From Octopus sinensis (lineage: Eukaryota), in the NCBI RefSeq assembly GCF_006345805.1, contig NC_043002.1, positions 36,208,001 through 36,272,000 of the forward strand: 64,000 nucleotides of DNA. Direction: 5' to 3'. The notes under the pieces were generated by a model. It worked only from the letters and a program-made list of their open reading frames with translations. It made no database searches and was not told where the DNA came from. Shown piece after piece: positions 25,701 to 37,211 of this stretch (positions within the stretch are counted from its first letter, which is position 1; each line of letters starts with the position of its first letter). The position numbers and the translations under genes are program-made.

Positions 25701-26608
25701 CCTCTCAAAATATTGTTACTGTGACGTAAACAGCTATTTTGTGATGTAGTTAACGTAAACATGTAAATAGACCTACAGATTCGTTTGTAACGTAAACATC
25801 CGCTCATCGTAAATAGCTAAATTCGCTTGGCATCGTACACAGCTTTTTCAGTTCCCTCGAATTATATTTGAAAGAAAATAAAAAGAAAAAGATTCATACG
25901 CATAAATATCCATCCTTAGACATCAGAAAATGAGTGTTTAAATTATTTTCCATTGTTTGCATTGCTTACACACACACACACACACATACATACATACACA
26001 CATACTAAAATTACATCATTGGAGCAGTAATTTATTTATGTATTTTTTGTTATACAATTTATTTTAAAGCTGAATCCCTATCCTGCCATTAACCCCTTTC
26101 TTATAAAATAGTTGAAGAATCTGGGGTGTAGGTATTGGGCCAGTATTGGAACTTTTAACTTCTTGTTCTCTATCTTATGATCTCCGAAATTTAAGAATTA
26201 TTGACTAGCACCCCCCCACTCAGCTCAAAACAATATCTGGGTATCGCGAATTTGGCAGCGCCACCTCTAGCCGAGCAATTATTCTGTGCTAATGCATTTT
26301 TTTGCTATTTTTTGGCTATAACTCTCTAAAAATGCTTATATAGTTATTTCCCTTACAAACCCGAGCAACGCTGGGCGATACTGCTAGTGCTATATAAATA
26401 AATACGATCCAGCGCTAACAGCTGTGTACTGGCACTCAATCAGGTGAGTAGCCTTGTGACCACTGCTGGATCACGTCTAGTTTCCCATTGCTTCATACAC
26501 ATATTCTACTTTAGAATAAAGGCATATTCTGAAATAACCTGATAACGTGCATGTGCACAACTACTGTTGGATCATATTCATATGATATTCATATAATTAT
26601 ATGTATAA

Positions 26609-27005
26609 CTAGCAGTATCGCCCGGCGTTGCTCGGGTTTGTAAGGGAAATAACTATATAAGCATTTTTAGAGAGTTATAGCCAAAGATAGCAAAAAAATG
26701 CATTAAAAATGGAAAAAAAATGATGGTAAATTTTTTTTTTAAATCGTTGACTCATCGTAGACATTTTTAAAGAGTTACTTCCCTTTATTTAAAAAATATG
26801 CGTTAAAATGGAAAAAAATTATGGTAAATTTTTTTAAAATTGTAGACTCATCGTAGAAGCGCGCTAATACCCAGACGGGCTCGATATGAATCACGACTAT
26901 AAGATACCCGAATTTGGTTAAACTGCACTGTAAAATGTGGGAGTAGTTAGGAATCTAAATCGTAGGAGACAGACACTCACACAACTTCACTTTTATATAA
27001 ATAGA
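26609..27005 (-). mobile_element. Non-autonomous Helitron (full copy, minus strand); tail-to-tail 3' fragment at ~26300-26387
   Basis: CTAG end at 26609-26612 with hairpin; TC..tttatataaaagtgaag start at ~27005. Confidence 0.85.
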
Positions 27006-27239
27006 TAGATATGGGAAACTCAGCAACTAATAGCTGTTACTGATCCTCAGAAACAATTGTTGTGATTTGTTATTAAAGTCTGTTCATTCCATTTTCTTGT
27101 CTTATAGATTTGTATATGAATTCTGCGTACACTAACAGATTTCCACATCCATAAGTGGTAAGAGGAGTAATCCTGGCATATGGTAGCCAATAACGGCAGA
27201 GAAGCTTTGAAATGTATGATATATATGTACACATATATT

Positions 27240-27630
27240 CTTTTATTCTTTTATTTGTTTCGGGCATTTGACTGCGGCCATGCTGAAGCACCGCCTTTGG
27301 TCAAACAAATCGACCCCAGGACTTATTCTTTGTAGGCCTAGTACTTATTCTATCGGTCTCTTTTGCCGAACCGCAAGAGTTGTTACGGGGAAGTAAACAC
27401 ATCAGCATTGGTTGTCAAGCGATGTTGGGGGGACAAACACAGACATAAACACACACACGCAGATATATACGACGGGCTTCTTTCAGTTTCCATCTGCCAA
27501 ATCCACTTACAAGGCTTTGGTCGGCCCGAGGCTATAGTAAAAGACACTTGCCCAATGTGTCACGCAGTGGGACTGAACCCGGAACTATGTGCTTCGTAAG
27601 CAAGCTACTTACCACACATCCACTCTTAAG
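27240..27630 (-). mobile_element. OR-like tRNA SINE
   Basis: Matches 7611-8012. Confidence 0.8.
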
Positions 27631-27782
27631 CCCATCGTATATATATATATATATATAAATATATACACACGACGGGCTTCATATATGTATATATATGAAT
27701 GAGGAAAAGAAGAAAATGAAGAAATTGACATGCAGACATCAGTTTATTTAAAGATATTCAAATCCATATAATGAAATTCCAG

Positions 27783-27895
27783 TCCTACAGCCGTTTCGAT
27801 ATCCATTTAGTTCAATTACAGAAATTAAATTAAATTAATTTAATTTGATTTAAATTTTCATATCGAAACTGGTTAATTAGATATTTCATCAGGGA
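27783..27895 (-). ncRNA. Type I hammerhead ribozyme-like motif (Penelope-associated, minimal/dimeric type)
   Basis: Minus strand: UCC-CUGAUGA-AAUAUC...GAUAUC-GAAA-CGGCUG-UA-GGA; stems I, II and palindromic III identifiable; A-C mismatch at the base of stem II. Confidence 0.55.
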
Positions 27896-27899
27896 AAAA

Positions 27900-28570
27900 T
27901 TTTAACAGTAATACTAATGGAATAAACGCTAGTAATGAAAGTAAATTTGGGATGTCAAGTGTACAAGGGAAATCAACCTGTGTGAAATCCCATCACAAAC
28001 TCTTGAATGCAGATAAAATGGCAAGTAGCAATTTTACTGGATGTAATGATATGAAACAGAGTAATAATACGAGTACTAATGAAAATACTTTTTGTAATTG
28101 CAGGGTTAGAAGTGAATTTTTATTTTAAAATCATTGTAAACGAAAGAATGTTGTTTATAGATGTAAGGTGATACTTGAAGGTAAAAGTTTCTTCTACATA
28201 GGGGATACGCAAAATTTTGTTAAGAAGCGCGTCTGTAACCATATTTACACCTTTAATAATAGGAACAGATCTTCTACCAGCCACAGTAAATTTATTCGGG
28301 ACTTGAAAGACAAAAAGAAAAAAAAGAAAAGAAGTTTTTCTGAGGAGTGGGAGATTATAAGCAAGGCAACTGCTTATAAGCCTGGAAACTTCTATTGCTT
28401 TCTCTGTCTAGAAGAATTATTTTTGATCTTACGTTCTAGGAGACGTCTCTTAAATGCTAAAACAGACTGGTTTTTTTATGTGTTCATGCATGTAAATAGA
28501 CTCTTAAAAGCTACCATTAAATATATAATCCTCTTTGATGATAAGCGTTAAAAAACGGTTAGTATTTGTA
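27900..28570 (+). mobile_element. Penelope-like element, GIY-YIG endonuclease 3' fragment
   Basis: VVY..V...FYIGDTQ..KKR..NH..TF...S.F..DLK...W.II.KA..Y.....C.LCLEE..I...LLN, the PLE GIY-YIG signature. Confidence 0.8.
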
Positions 28571-28773
28571 ATATTGCTGAAAAACATATATTTATAATAT
28601 AATATGATTTAACATAATATGATATAATACAGTATAATATTTTAATTAAACAGTGTAGATGTACATTATGTCTTCTATGCGTGGCAGTGTATTGGTATTT
28701 TACAATAAATTCAATTAAGCACGTCTCTCATAACTATATCGTTGAAATTTTTATAATAATTCATAAAACTAAA

Positions 28774-29162
28774 TCTTTATATATAAAAGTGAAGTTGTGT
28801 GTCTGTCTCCTACGATTTAGATTCCTAACTACTCCCACATTTTGCGGTGCAGTTTAACCAAAACCGGGTATCTTATAGTCGTGATTCATATCGAGCCCTT
28901 CTGGGTATTAGCGCGCGTCTACGATGAGTCTACGATTTAAAAAATAATTTACCATCATTTTATTCCATTTTAATGCATGTTTTTCGCTATTATATAGGGG
29001 AAGTAACTCTCTAAAAATGTCTACGATGAGTCAACGATTTAAAAAAAATTTACCATAATTTTTTTTCCATTTTTGATGCATTTTTTTGCTATTTTTTTGG
29101 CTATAAATGCTTATATAGTTATTTCCCTTACAAACCCGAGCAACGCCGGGCGATACTGCTAG
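28774..29162 (+). mobile_element. Non-autonomous Helitron (full copy)
   Basis: A|TC start, cccgagcaacgccgggcg hairpin, CTAG|T end. Confidence 0.9.
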
Positions 29163-29679
29163 TTTGAGATAAAACATTATCTTAATAGTAAATTACTTTA
29201 GTGTACTTCGTTTTAATACAACTTATCTATAAATAGTCTCTGGTAATATCTAGGTTTTGCTTTTCTTTACAAAGTCTATATTGACCGTACATTTACGCAC
29301 AAATATTGATGACGTAAACCCATTATATGCTAATTAACCAACATTTTTGTTACGTCATAGGAAATATACATAGTAAATACCTATTTCTTTACTACCCACA
29401 AGTGGTTAAACATGGAGAGGACAAACAAGGACAGACAAACGGATTAAGTCGATTACATCGACCCCAGTGCGTAACTGGTACTTATTTAATCGATCCCGAA
29501 AGGATGAAAGGCAAAGTCGACCTCGGCGGAATTTGAACTCAGAACGTAGCGGCTAAGCGTTTCGCCCTGCGTGCTAACGTTTCTGCCAGCTCGCCGCCTT
29601 ATATAGTAAATACCATAGTCCATACCCACAGTTTACACAGGTAGAGTAGAATAGTTAGTGGACTGTTAGGTAGATAAAT

Positions 29680-30366
29680 GTATGTATGTGTGTGTGGGGG
29701 TGTGAGTGTGTGTGTGTATGCACCCCCCCCCTTTTTTTCTGTGTGTAAGCACATAGATAGAAAATAAATAAATAAATAAATAAACAGATCAACATAGAGA
29801 CGGATAGGTACGTAAGTTGCAAGGACAGACACAAGAACATAGGTTACAAGACACGGATCCACACATATAAAGATGCACATCCATACATACAAACATGGTA
29901 CATAGTTGCATAACACACACACACACACACAGACATGTACTCACAAGGAGACAGCGGTGCATACATATACAAACACATGCTCACACACACATACATAGAA
30001 AATACACAAACACGGACATGCATGCACATAAATATGCAGGATACGTACATACAGATGCACACACATACCTACATATATACATATGCATGCACACACATAT
30101 ATACATACATACACATGCAAACACACACATACATACATACGTACATGCATGCATGTATAGGCACACACACTGACCCACACACATGCGCACAAACAAACAA
30201 AAGGGAACGCAGTGTAAATAACGGACAGAGTCAAAACTATTGAAAAGGTTGCAAGACGCAACGAAAATTTTAAGAAAATAAAAATAAGAAAAAAAGTGGA
30301 AATTTTACCGGTGAGTGTGTTATATTATAAGGCACAAAAAGAAAATGACTCTCCCCAGACACAACA

Positions 30367-30458
<92 letters not shown>

Positions 30459-30530
30459 GTATATGTACATACACATATACATACATATATGTACATACCT
30501 ACATATATATGTATATATACATGCATATAT
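29680..30530. repeat. Low-complexity (CA)/(TA)/(CATA) microsatellite block including a long (AT)n at ~30368-30458
   Basis: Direct reading; source of many spurious ORFs. Confidence 0.9.
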
Positions 30531-30689
30531 GGATACAGGACATAAAAAAAAGTTGAACACAATGAGAAACGAAAATATAAAAACAAAAACATAGAAAACG
30601 AACTTTTTCGAACAACGAAAAAAACAAAACAAAGAGAGAAACCTGACATGCAACATAAAGAATATCCCCTTTCATCAGTTGTCCCTGTT

Positions 30690-31230
30690 TCATCTATTCC
30701 GCGTTCGAAGGCAAGGGCAATAGGCGACTTCGTTGAAACAGTCCTTCCCGCAAAGCAAATCAAATAAAATTAGGGATTTTTTGCGGAGGGTGAAAGTGGT
30801 AACGAGAACATGACAGTGAGAATAAGACAGTAAAAACAAACTGTGAGGGCTGTTAAGCCAAGACGATAGAAAAATTATTACGGACCCTAGGAAGACGAGC
30901 TTGCGAGAGGAGACAGTATAAACACGTGTTTTCTTCAGGAAGGAAATGGACAGAAAGATAGATTCCCTTTCGTCACGTGTCAGCGACGAGAGTGTCAAGG
31001 AAGAGTGAGAGAGAGGGAACGGTGAAGAGGGTATGTATGTAAAAGGCATGCTCTTCTGATCTCCTTAGCTGTCAACCACATCGTTTCTGCGATTTCATCC
31101 TTTGTATATGTCATCAGGTCCTTCGTGTTTAAGACCAGAAAAGAGTTTCTGGCCACTGGTGGGAATGTATCTTCTGTGTCCAAAAGAAACATTCTTGAGT
31201 CAGACATGGTCTGAAAAGTTGAGTTTCTCC
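30690..31230 (-). mobile_element. Possible degenerate LINE ORF1 (gag-like) fragment
   Basis: DTFPPVARNSFLVL...LMTYTKDEIAE...IRR followed by broken Cys/His-rich frames; weak resemblance to I/Jockey-type ORF1. Confidence 0.3.
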
Positions 31231-31269
31231 AGTAAGTCTAGGGTATCACCAACAAAAGTCCCGGCAAGT

Positions 31270-31890
31270 TAATAAGGGTCATTGTCAATCATATTCATGT
31301 GTCAACGACTAGATGTGTGGTGCATGAAGATATACATATCCTTTGTTATGAAAGAGGGAAGTTTGTATCCGATAAGACCCCTGTGATCCGGTGGGAGCAC
31401 TTGCTAAATAAACTCAAGCACCTCGAGAAACCCGACAAGCTCTGTTTCTTTTCAGATGGGAAGAACTTTGTCCAAGATAAAAAGTGAACGAGAGGTATGT
31501 TAGATGTCTCTGTTCCAACTCCACTGAACACCCATTTTTATGCATACCAAGTTCCCATCGTCTTGAGGTCGTGAGCAATGTGGACTTTGTCATGCTTTCA
31601 TACTTTTTGCTGCAGATGCTTTGAGTCAATGTGGTAGCCTACATACAAAATGATCGGAAAGAAGTACTCGAAGGAGGCCTTGGTGTTCCAGCGAGACTCT
31701 GAGGCGTTCTAGCTCACCTTGCGTGACCCAGGAGGGGTTGGCTGACGATTTTCAATTCATCTGACTCCTAATATTTGGCCACCGAGATCTCTTGATTTCA
31801 ACCGTCTGGACCGCTACATCGGGAGAACAACAAGTATGCTCCCAGTACCAAGGACTCGTTGAAGTCTGCTATTGGGGATGCTATGGGCAA
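31270..31890 (+). mobile_element. Decayed maT/DD37D-type Tc1/mariner transposase
   Basis: LLNKLKH....FFSD.KNF.QD and downstream TKFP, VFQ.DS and WPP.S.D.N.LD remnants across frameshifts. Confidence 0.7.
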
Positions 31891-31899
31891 CAGTGAAGG

Positions 31900-32218
31900 T
31901 GCATGGCTAAGTGGGTTGGTATTTCGCTCAAGATCTCAAGGTTGTGAGTTCGATTCCCTGCAGTGCATAGTGTCCTTGAGCGAGACACTTTATTTCCATT
32001 GCTCCAGTTCATTCCACTGGCAAAAATGATTAGTGCCTGTATTTCAAAGGGTCCACCTTATAACATTCTGTGTCCCGCTCAATCTCCCTGAGAACTACGT
32101 TAAGGGTACACGTGTCCATGGAGTGCTCAACCACTACTTCCACGTTAATTTCACGAGCAAGCTGTTCTGTTAATCAAACCAACAGGAAGACTCGTCCTCG
32201 TAACTGATGGCGTGCCAA
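31900..32218 (+). mobile_element. tRNA-derived SINE (fourth family; related copy at ~63715-63905 on minus)
   Basis: ggtgcatggctaagtgg...ggttgtgagttcgattccc head and ccttgagc.agacactttatttc.attgctccagt core. Confidence 0.7.
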
Positions 32219-32635
32219 TTATGACCAACACGAATAAAAACGCATTTAGTTGTTTCAGACGCAGTATTGAGACGGAAATCGAGGCTAATGGCAGTTTTAT
32301 TGAACGGCCTTTTGCTACGTGCATGAAAAAACGTGAGCCAAATTCTATAAACATATTCTGTTTTCTTTTTCTCTCTTATAAACACTTTCCCTTCAATTAA
32401 AATGTTGTTCTCATATAGTTGACGCGCCCTGCATATAATAAGGGCCTTTTTAATAAAACATAAACTGTGAAGCTTGGCATTTTGTGGTACTTAACAACTC
32501 TTCAACGATGTAAGGTAGTCCACATACACACACACACACACACACTGTATCTACGCGTGTATAAATCGCACAATTTTATACTTGATTTTAACTGAAAAAT
32601 CTGGGGTGTTGCTTATACACAAGTAAATACGGTAT

Positions 32636-33022
32636 CTATGTATGTATGTACTGTATGTATGTATGCATGTATGCATGTATGTATGTATGTATGTATCTAT
32701 CTATCTATCCATCCATCCATCCATCCGTCCGTCCGTCCGTCCGTCGTCCGTCCGTCCGTCCGTCCGTCCGTCCGTCTGTCTGTCTGTCTGTCTGTCTACC
32801 TATCTATCTATCTATCTGTCTACCTGTCTGTCTGTCTCTCTGCCTGTCTGTCTATCTATCTGTCCGGCCGTCTGTCTGTCTTTTTTTTTTTTGTCTTACG
32901 CTCCCTTTTGATCAGAATTTTATTTTTCTCTTTTTTTCCCCGAAAAGAAAAGCTCTACATTGTATTTTGTCCCCTCTGTGTTCCGCCCTATGTGGCTAAT
33001 AAAGAAAGATATCTATCTATCT

Positions 33023-33100
<78 letters not shown>

Positions 33101-33209
33101 CTCTGTCTGTCTGTCTGTCTGTCTAGCTAGCCACATACTCATATACACACTCTCTCACACACACACACATCCATCCATCCATCCATCCATCCATCCATCC
33201 ATCCATCCA

Positions 33210-33240
<31 letters not shown>
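32636..33240. repeat. Compound tetranucleotide/dinucleotide microsatellite array
   Basis: (TATG)n-(TATC)n-(CATC)n-(CGTC)n-(TGTC)n, then (CT)n, (CATC)n, (CATA)n. Confidence 0.95.
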
Positions 33241-33242
<2 letters not shown>

Positions 33243-33532
33243 GCTTTCGTTTGCACGCACTCGAGTGCGCACGCATACACATTTTTTAAAATTAGTAACT
33301 CCAAGTTTCACGCTATCTATATTCGTAATCGTATCATCATTACGATTCATTTCCGCTACAAAAACAAATGCGTGGGAGATATCTCATAGATGTCTATATA
33401 ACATTAATAAATGAACATATCTCTTTACTGTAGATATCGTACAGCAAAGAGATATTAGCAAGAGAGATATAGAGAATATCAAACGAGTTCCCTATGGATA
33501 CCGTATTTATTACAACGAGTGGCTTGTAAACG

Positions 33533-33945
33533 TGTAGTGATGCTACAGTGTAGGTTCAGTGCGCATGCGCAGAATGGGACTACTTCCGGGTGGCCACCGG
33601 AAGTCTTCCCCATGCGCATGTGCGGGAAACGTTCCCTTAGGCCCGCCAAACTCAAATCCCTCTCTCTGGCAAGTCAGCCAACGCGATCGGACGTACATTT
33701 CGCAGGCTCTGATAACCTCACCGACTTAGCCGCCAACGACCATCGAACCTCTTCAACAAACGAACAAGAAGCTGTACATCAGAGGCTGCCCTTCTCCCAT
33801 CAGACACACGTACGCCATCGCAACAAATAAACGAACTGCTGTCTTTTACCTACAACCTGACTTCGTCTGTATTGTCTTACTAAAATTGTATGTGACTGGA
33901 TCGGATCGACACCCTTTCAGTGAATCGATAACAGATCCTGTTACA
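33533..33945 (+). mobile_element. Gypsy 5' LTR (TG...CA) followed by a tRNA-Trp-type PBS
   Basis: Starts TGTAGT, ends TGTTACA; TGGTGACCCC at 33948-33957. The start is inferred because no 3' LTR is available for comparison. Confidence 0.65.
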
Positions 33946-34335
33946 ATTGGTGACCCCAAGTTGAAAAAAAAAAAAAAAAGAACAGAAGACGTAGCGAACA
34001 GGTTTTGCCAGATAGAGCACTGAACATTCATTTTTCATATTTTCTTTTCCTTTCAGAACGGCGAGGTGGGTACACACAAAAGTTTATTCATCGCACGCAC
34101 TCAGTACACTGAGAAAAAAAAAAAAGGAAACACACACACATTATTTTTTTTTCCTTTCTGTACTTTGTTTTCCTTTGTGCACACACACACTTGTTTTACT
34201 GCCCACGAGGTGCACTCACGCACACACCAGTACACAAAACACCATTGATTTGCTTTGTCGGTTCCACGTGTTCTCTCTCCATTTCTCGATCATACCTTCT
34301 GCCCCTTTCTGACAGACGATCCTTCCGAAAAAAAC

Positions 34336-34662
34336 ATGGCTGCATCAAGTTTGCCTCATTCACAAACATTTGAATTTTCGCTACCATCTCCATCGCGGGG
34401 CCTGTACGCATGTACAGAGCCCCCTCCGACACCTCCGACGAACGATCAACTAGCCGAGAAGATCGATGCGCTTACGCAGAGAATCGATGATCTGTGCCGT
34501 GCGATCGGGCGCCAACCTCGCAGTCGTAGTCGCAGTAGCTCTATTTCCCGTAGTCGGAGTAATTCTGTTTCTCGTTCCGGCTGGTGCTGGTACCATTCAA
34601 AGTATGCCGAAAAGGCAGATCGGTGTACCCAGCCGTGCACTTTCCAGCCCTCGGAAAACTAA
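34336..34662 (+). pseudogene. Gypsy gag, apparently internally deleted
   Basis: RSRSRS-rich stretch and CWYHSKY.EKA.RCTQPC zinc motif typical of this Gypsy gag C-terminus; only ~108 aa. Confidence 0.7.
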
Positions 34663-36832
34663 ATCCAGAGGAGGTGAGCACGTCACCTTCGTCCATCTCG
34701 TTTCCCAAAAATCGTGCATTCTTTGTAAAAGATCTGGTGTCGAAGAAATTCTTCATGGTGGACACCGGCTCTTGTTGCAGCATCTGGCCTCTTCGTCTGG
34801 CTACAGACAAGCCCAAGCGCTCTTCAATTGTCTTGCATGCTATTGACTCGTCTCCCATAACCACTTACGGTCAGATTTCGCTGCGCCTCGACATCAACCT
34901 TCGTCAAGATTTTCAATGGGTTTTCGTCATCGCTGACATCCCGCATCCTATTCTCGGCGCTGATTTCCTGGATAGGTTTAATCTATTGGTGGATGTCAGG
35001 CGTCGGAGGCTTCTTGATAGCACGACGTCGCTCTCTACACCGACTGGGAGTTCCACCACTGCGGTCCTTAGCCCGACATTCTTTGTTGCCACCTCTGGAG
35101 ACCCTTTTCACTCTCTTTTGGTTTCATTTCCGGAGCTAGTGGACATTGCCTTTAAACCGGAAAAGCCTACCCACTCGACCCTCCATTTTATCACCACCAC
35201 TGGGCCGCCTGTATTTTCGCGCCCACGGCGCCTTGCGCCAGACCGACTAAAAACGGCTAGGGCCGAGTTTGAGCACATGCTTCAACTTGGCCTTATACGC
35301 CCCTCCACCAGCCCATGGGCATCTCCCCTTCATTTGGCGCGAAAGGGCGAGTCTGATTTTCGCCCGGTTGGAGACTATCGACGCCTCAATGCCGTAACAA
35401 TAGCCGACCGATATCCGATTAGAAATCTTCAGGACTTTACGGGAAATCTCCATGGTTGTACCATTTTTTCGAAGGTCGACTTTATACGCGCGTACCATCA
35501 AATACCGGTCAACCCAGCCGACGTTCCGAAAACTGCGATCACTACCCCCTTTGGGTGTTTTGAGTTTTTGTATATGAGTTTCGGTTTGCGGAATGCTACT
35601 AGCACTTTCCAGCATTTCATTGATGAGGTTGTCCGCGGTCTTGATTTTGTGTTTGCCTATGTCGATGATATACTCATTGCGAGCAACACACGTGAAAATC
35701 ATCTCCAGCACCTTTCTCAGCTTTTTCAGCGTCTTCGCGCTTATAGTATACGTATAAATCCCGACAAGTGTGTTTTCGGACGCTCTTCCCTAGATTTTCT
35801 AGGCCATCATATTGATTCGAGTGGAATCAGCCCTCTCTCGTCAAAAGTCGATGCCATTCAACGCATCGCACCCCCCACTTCCTTGCGCCAGCTCAGGCAT
35901 TATCTAGGGATGATCAATTTCTACAGACGTTTCATTCCCGGTTGTGCAGATAAGCTACTACCTCTCACCAGGCTATTAAAGGACTCTCCTAGAAAGGACA
36001 GTCAAGTCACCCTCTCTGGTGAGGCAGTGACAGCCTTTGAGTCCATTAAGAAGGAGCTGACTTCTGTTTCTTTGCTTGCACATCCAGTTCCTGGTGCTTC
36101 TCTCTCTTTGACTGTAGACGCATCGGACACTGCGATTGGCGCTGTGTTACAACACACAGTGGATGATCATATTCGACCTCTAGCTTTCTTTTCCCGTCAA
36201 CTGCAACCAGCTGAACGACGATACAGCACCTTTGATCGTGAGCTCCTAGCGATCTATCTATCTATCTATCGGTTCGTTATTTCCAGCATCAACTTGAAGG
36301 GCGAGATTTTGTGATCTATACGGATCACAAGCCCCTTACGTTTGCCCTGTGTTCAAAAACGGACAAACTCTCACCCCGTGCTTTTCGGCACCTGGATTTT
36401 ATCTCTCAATTCACTAGCAACATTCGACACATACCTGGAAAAGAGAACGTTCCTGCTGACGCTCTCTCTCGCCTTCCAGTTTGCGCCCTTTCGTCTCCTG
36501 CTGCTATCGACTTAGCTGCCATCTCGCAGGAGCAGCCACCTTTGGCGTCGTTAGACTTAACTTCTCCCAAGTTCTCCTGTTGCCAGTTTTCCTACCTTCC
36601 GCTTCCGTCAGCCGAAGGCACCATTCTTTGTGATACTTCCACTGGTTCTCCCAGGCCACTCGTGCCTGAGAACCATCAACGCTCAGTGTTTGAAGCACTG
36701 CACTCCTTATCACATCCTGGCATCGCTGCCACCCTTAAACTAATCACTGCTCGGTTTTTCTGGCTGAATATGCGTCGCACTATTACTTCTTGGACACGCA
36801 CCTGCTCCAAGTGTCAACGGTCCAAAAAATGA
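34584..36832 (+). pseudogene. Gypsy pol (protease-RT-RNase H-integrase zinc finger), frameshifted at ~36260-36310 and truncated before the integrase core
   Basis: VDTG protease motif, WASPLHL, DYRRLN, YVDD, DASD, TDHKPL, H..SHPG...CSKC. Confidence 0.95.
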
Positions 36833-36839
36833 AACCACA

Positions 36840-37040
36840 AGGCTAAGTGTCGTGGCGGGGAGCATGGGGTCGCGGACCCGTCCCACTGCATTTTGTATTT
36901 TGTTTAATTTGTCTTTGTGTAATCATTCGATTTTTATCATTCATCTTCGATTTTAACTGACCCCAAATGTTCATAATTGTTTCATCATTCGTGATTGTAT
37001 GTATACTCTATGTCGCCCCTAGTGGGTAATAAAGAAATCA
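36840..37040 (+). mobile_element. Orphan 3' UTR of an L1/Tx1 LINE
   Basis: Resembles 42060-42300 (ggggtc.., tcttcgattt, tgaccccaaat, gtgggtaataaagaaat). Confidence 0.65.
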
Positions 37041-37211
37041 AAAAGGGAACTTTCACCAACTGAATCCATGTAGTGCCGATTACTTATTTATTGAAAATAT
37101 TTTTGTCGGTGTGTTTTGTTACCAGCTGTTCGTTGTTGAAAAGGAAAAAAAAAGAAAAAGTAAGTCTTTTTTCGAATTGTTAGTCGAAGTATAATATTTG
37201 ACTGATATTTA

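Noticed and set aside
30230-30316. Plus-strand donor (CCG|GTGAGT) as a first exon of the vanin-like gene
   Set aside because: Isolated motif among microsatellites with no supporting promoter or exon evidence.
29599-30763. Many overlapping His/Thr/Tyr/Ile/Val/Cys-rich ORFs (also 3069-3272, 12045-12468, 14605-14793, 32638-33350, 45792-46201)
   Set aside because: Translations of microsatellites.
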